From contig NW_024704743.1 in the NCBI RefSeq assembly GCF_018977255.1, forward strand, positions 31,622,001-31,686,000: a stretch of DNA of 64,000 nt, in the 5' to 3' direction. Position 1 is the first letter of the stretch; each line of letters opens with the position of its first letter. Of the stretch, positions 63,261 to 64,000 are shown piece after piece. A program made the position numbers and the translations under genes. The notes under the pieces were generated by a model that saw nothing but the letters and a program-made list of their open reading frames with translations, had not been told where the DNA came from and ran no database searches. This DNA is from Callorhinchus milii. Taxonomy: Eukaryota.

Positions 63261-64000
63261 GCTAGGGCCATTGTGGGAGCTAATTTCTAAGCAAAATAAC
63301 AACATCTTGTTGTTTCCGAACCTGCAAAACCTTTAGCCGTGGAGGAAGGGGGGAGGAAATTGGAGGATGTCTTGGAAGTCCTGTATCTTTACAACAGTAC
63401 CATAACGTTTAACATAAAGGTGCTAGAGGCGATAGAATCTGATGGTTTGTTGTAAGTAGATTACCTCGGTAGACAGGAATACTGGGAGCTGGGCCACAAT
63501 GCTTCCTTGCAGGAGGTCTCTATAATCCAAACTCTGTCTCCCACTTGTAAAGAGGCTCTGCTCAAAGCTGTAGCATGCCTTTTTTGACCTTTGCGGGGTT
63601 GTGAGTAAATTATAACAACTTTCTCTGAACACATCGTCTTTCTCTCACTGTCTGAATGCTTCAAGCAATTTTTGACATTTCAAGACCAATAGCAGGGTTT
63701 AATATAGGAATTTCTTGATGTAACTTGCTGTTTGTTTCCAAGTTATTAATTCAAAATAGAGAGCCAATAAATGACAACAATTTACATCAAAAAGATGGGA
63801 CAGGTTGAGCATTTTAATGAGGGCATGGTGTCCTCATTAAAATGAGTATGGTTTTCATCTGTCCAAAGAAGTCATTTCAACTTTTGTCCACTGAAGCATG
63901 TCCAATATACATGACATTTGGGAAAGCTATAACTCATATGCTGTGCCTGACACTGCTGTTGACTATTATATCCATGAAATTGACTGTTGTATTCCGTTTT

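Overview
Vertebrate genomic DNA with no intact protein-coding gene in the window. The repeat families suggest a cartilaginous fish, possibly a chimaera; this is inference only. A large part is transposon-derived: a very abundant young tRNA(Ala)-headed SINE in long and short subfamilies, older Deu-domain SINEs, other ancient SINEs, L2 and CR1 LINE 3' fragments, hAT and Harbinger remnants and a Penelope-derived fragment. The single-copy core is a CpG island at about 7.3-9.0 kb. It carries a compact module (Smad element AGAC-N5-GGCGCC, palindromic CRE, second TGGCGCC, RFX X-box, CCAAT boxes, EGR site) that is colinear with the BMP-responsive enhancer of vertebrate Id genes as I recall it. Its orientation predicts an Id-family gene on the minus strand just left of position 1. 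From the same island a plus-strand spliced transcript appears to start, with candidate exons ending at 8626 and at 11754-11826, 29995-30126 and 30360-30532. These contain only short ORFs, so it is either a divergent lncRNA or a long uORF-rich 5'UTR. Other highlights: an apparently intact minimal hammerhead ribozyme (13149-13187, minus); a chimeric CORE+Deu SINE whose subfamilies differ in the loop of the LINE-recognition hairpin; a five-element nested insertion; a perfect 42-bp palindrome; and inverted SINE pairs around the exons. Repeat boundaries are approximate (about 10-30 bp) and family names come from recalled consensus sequences, not from searches.
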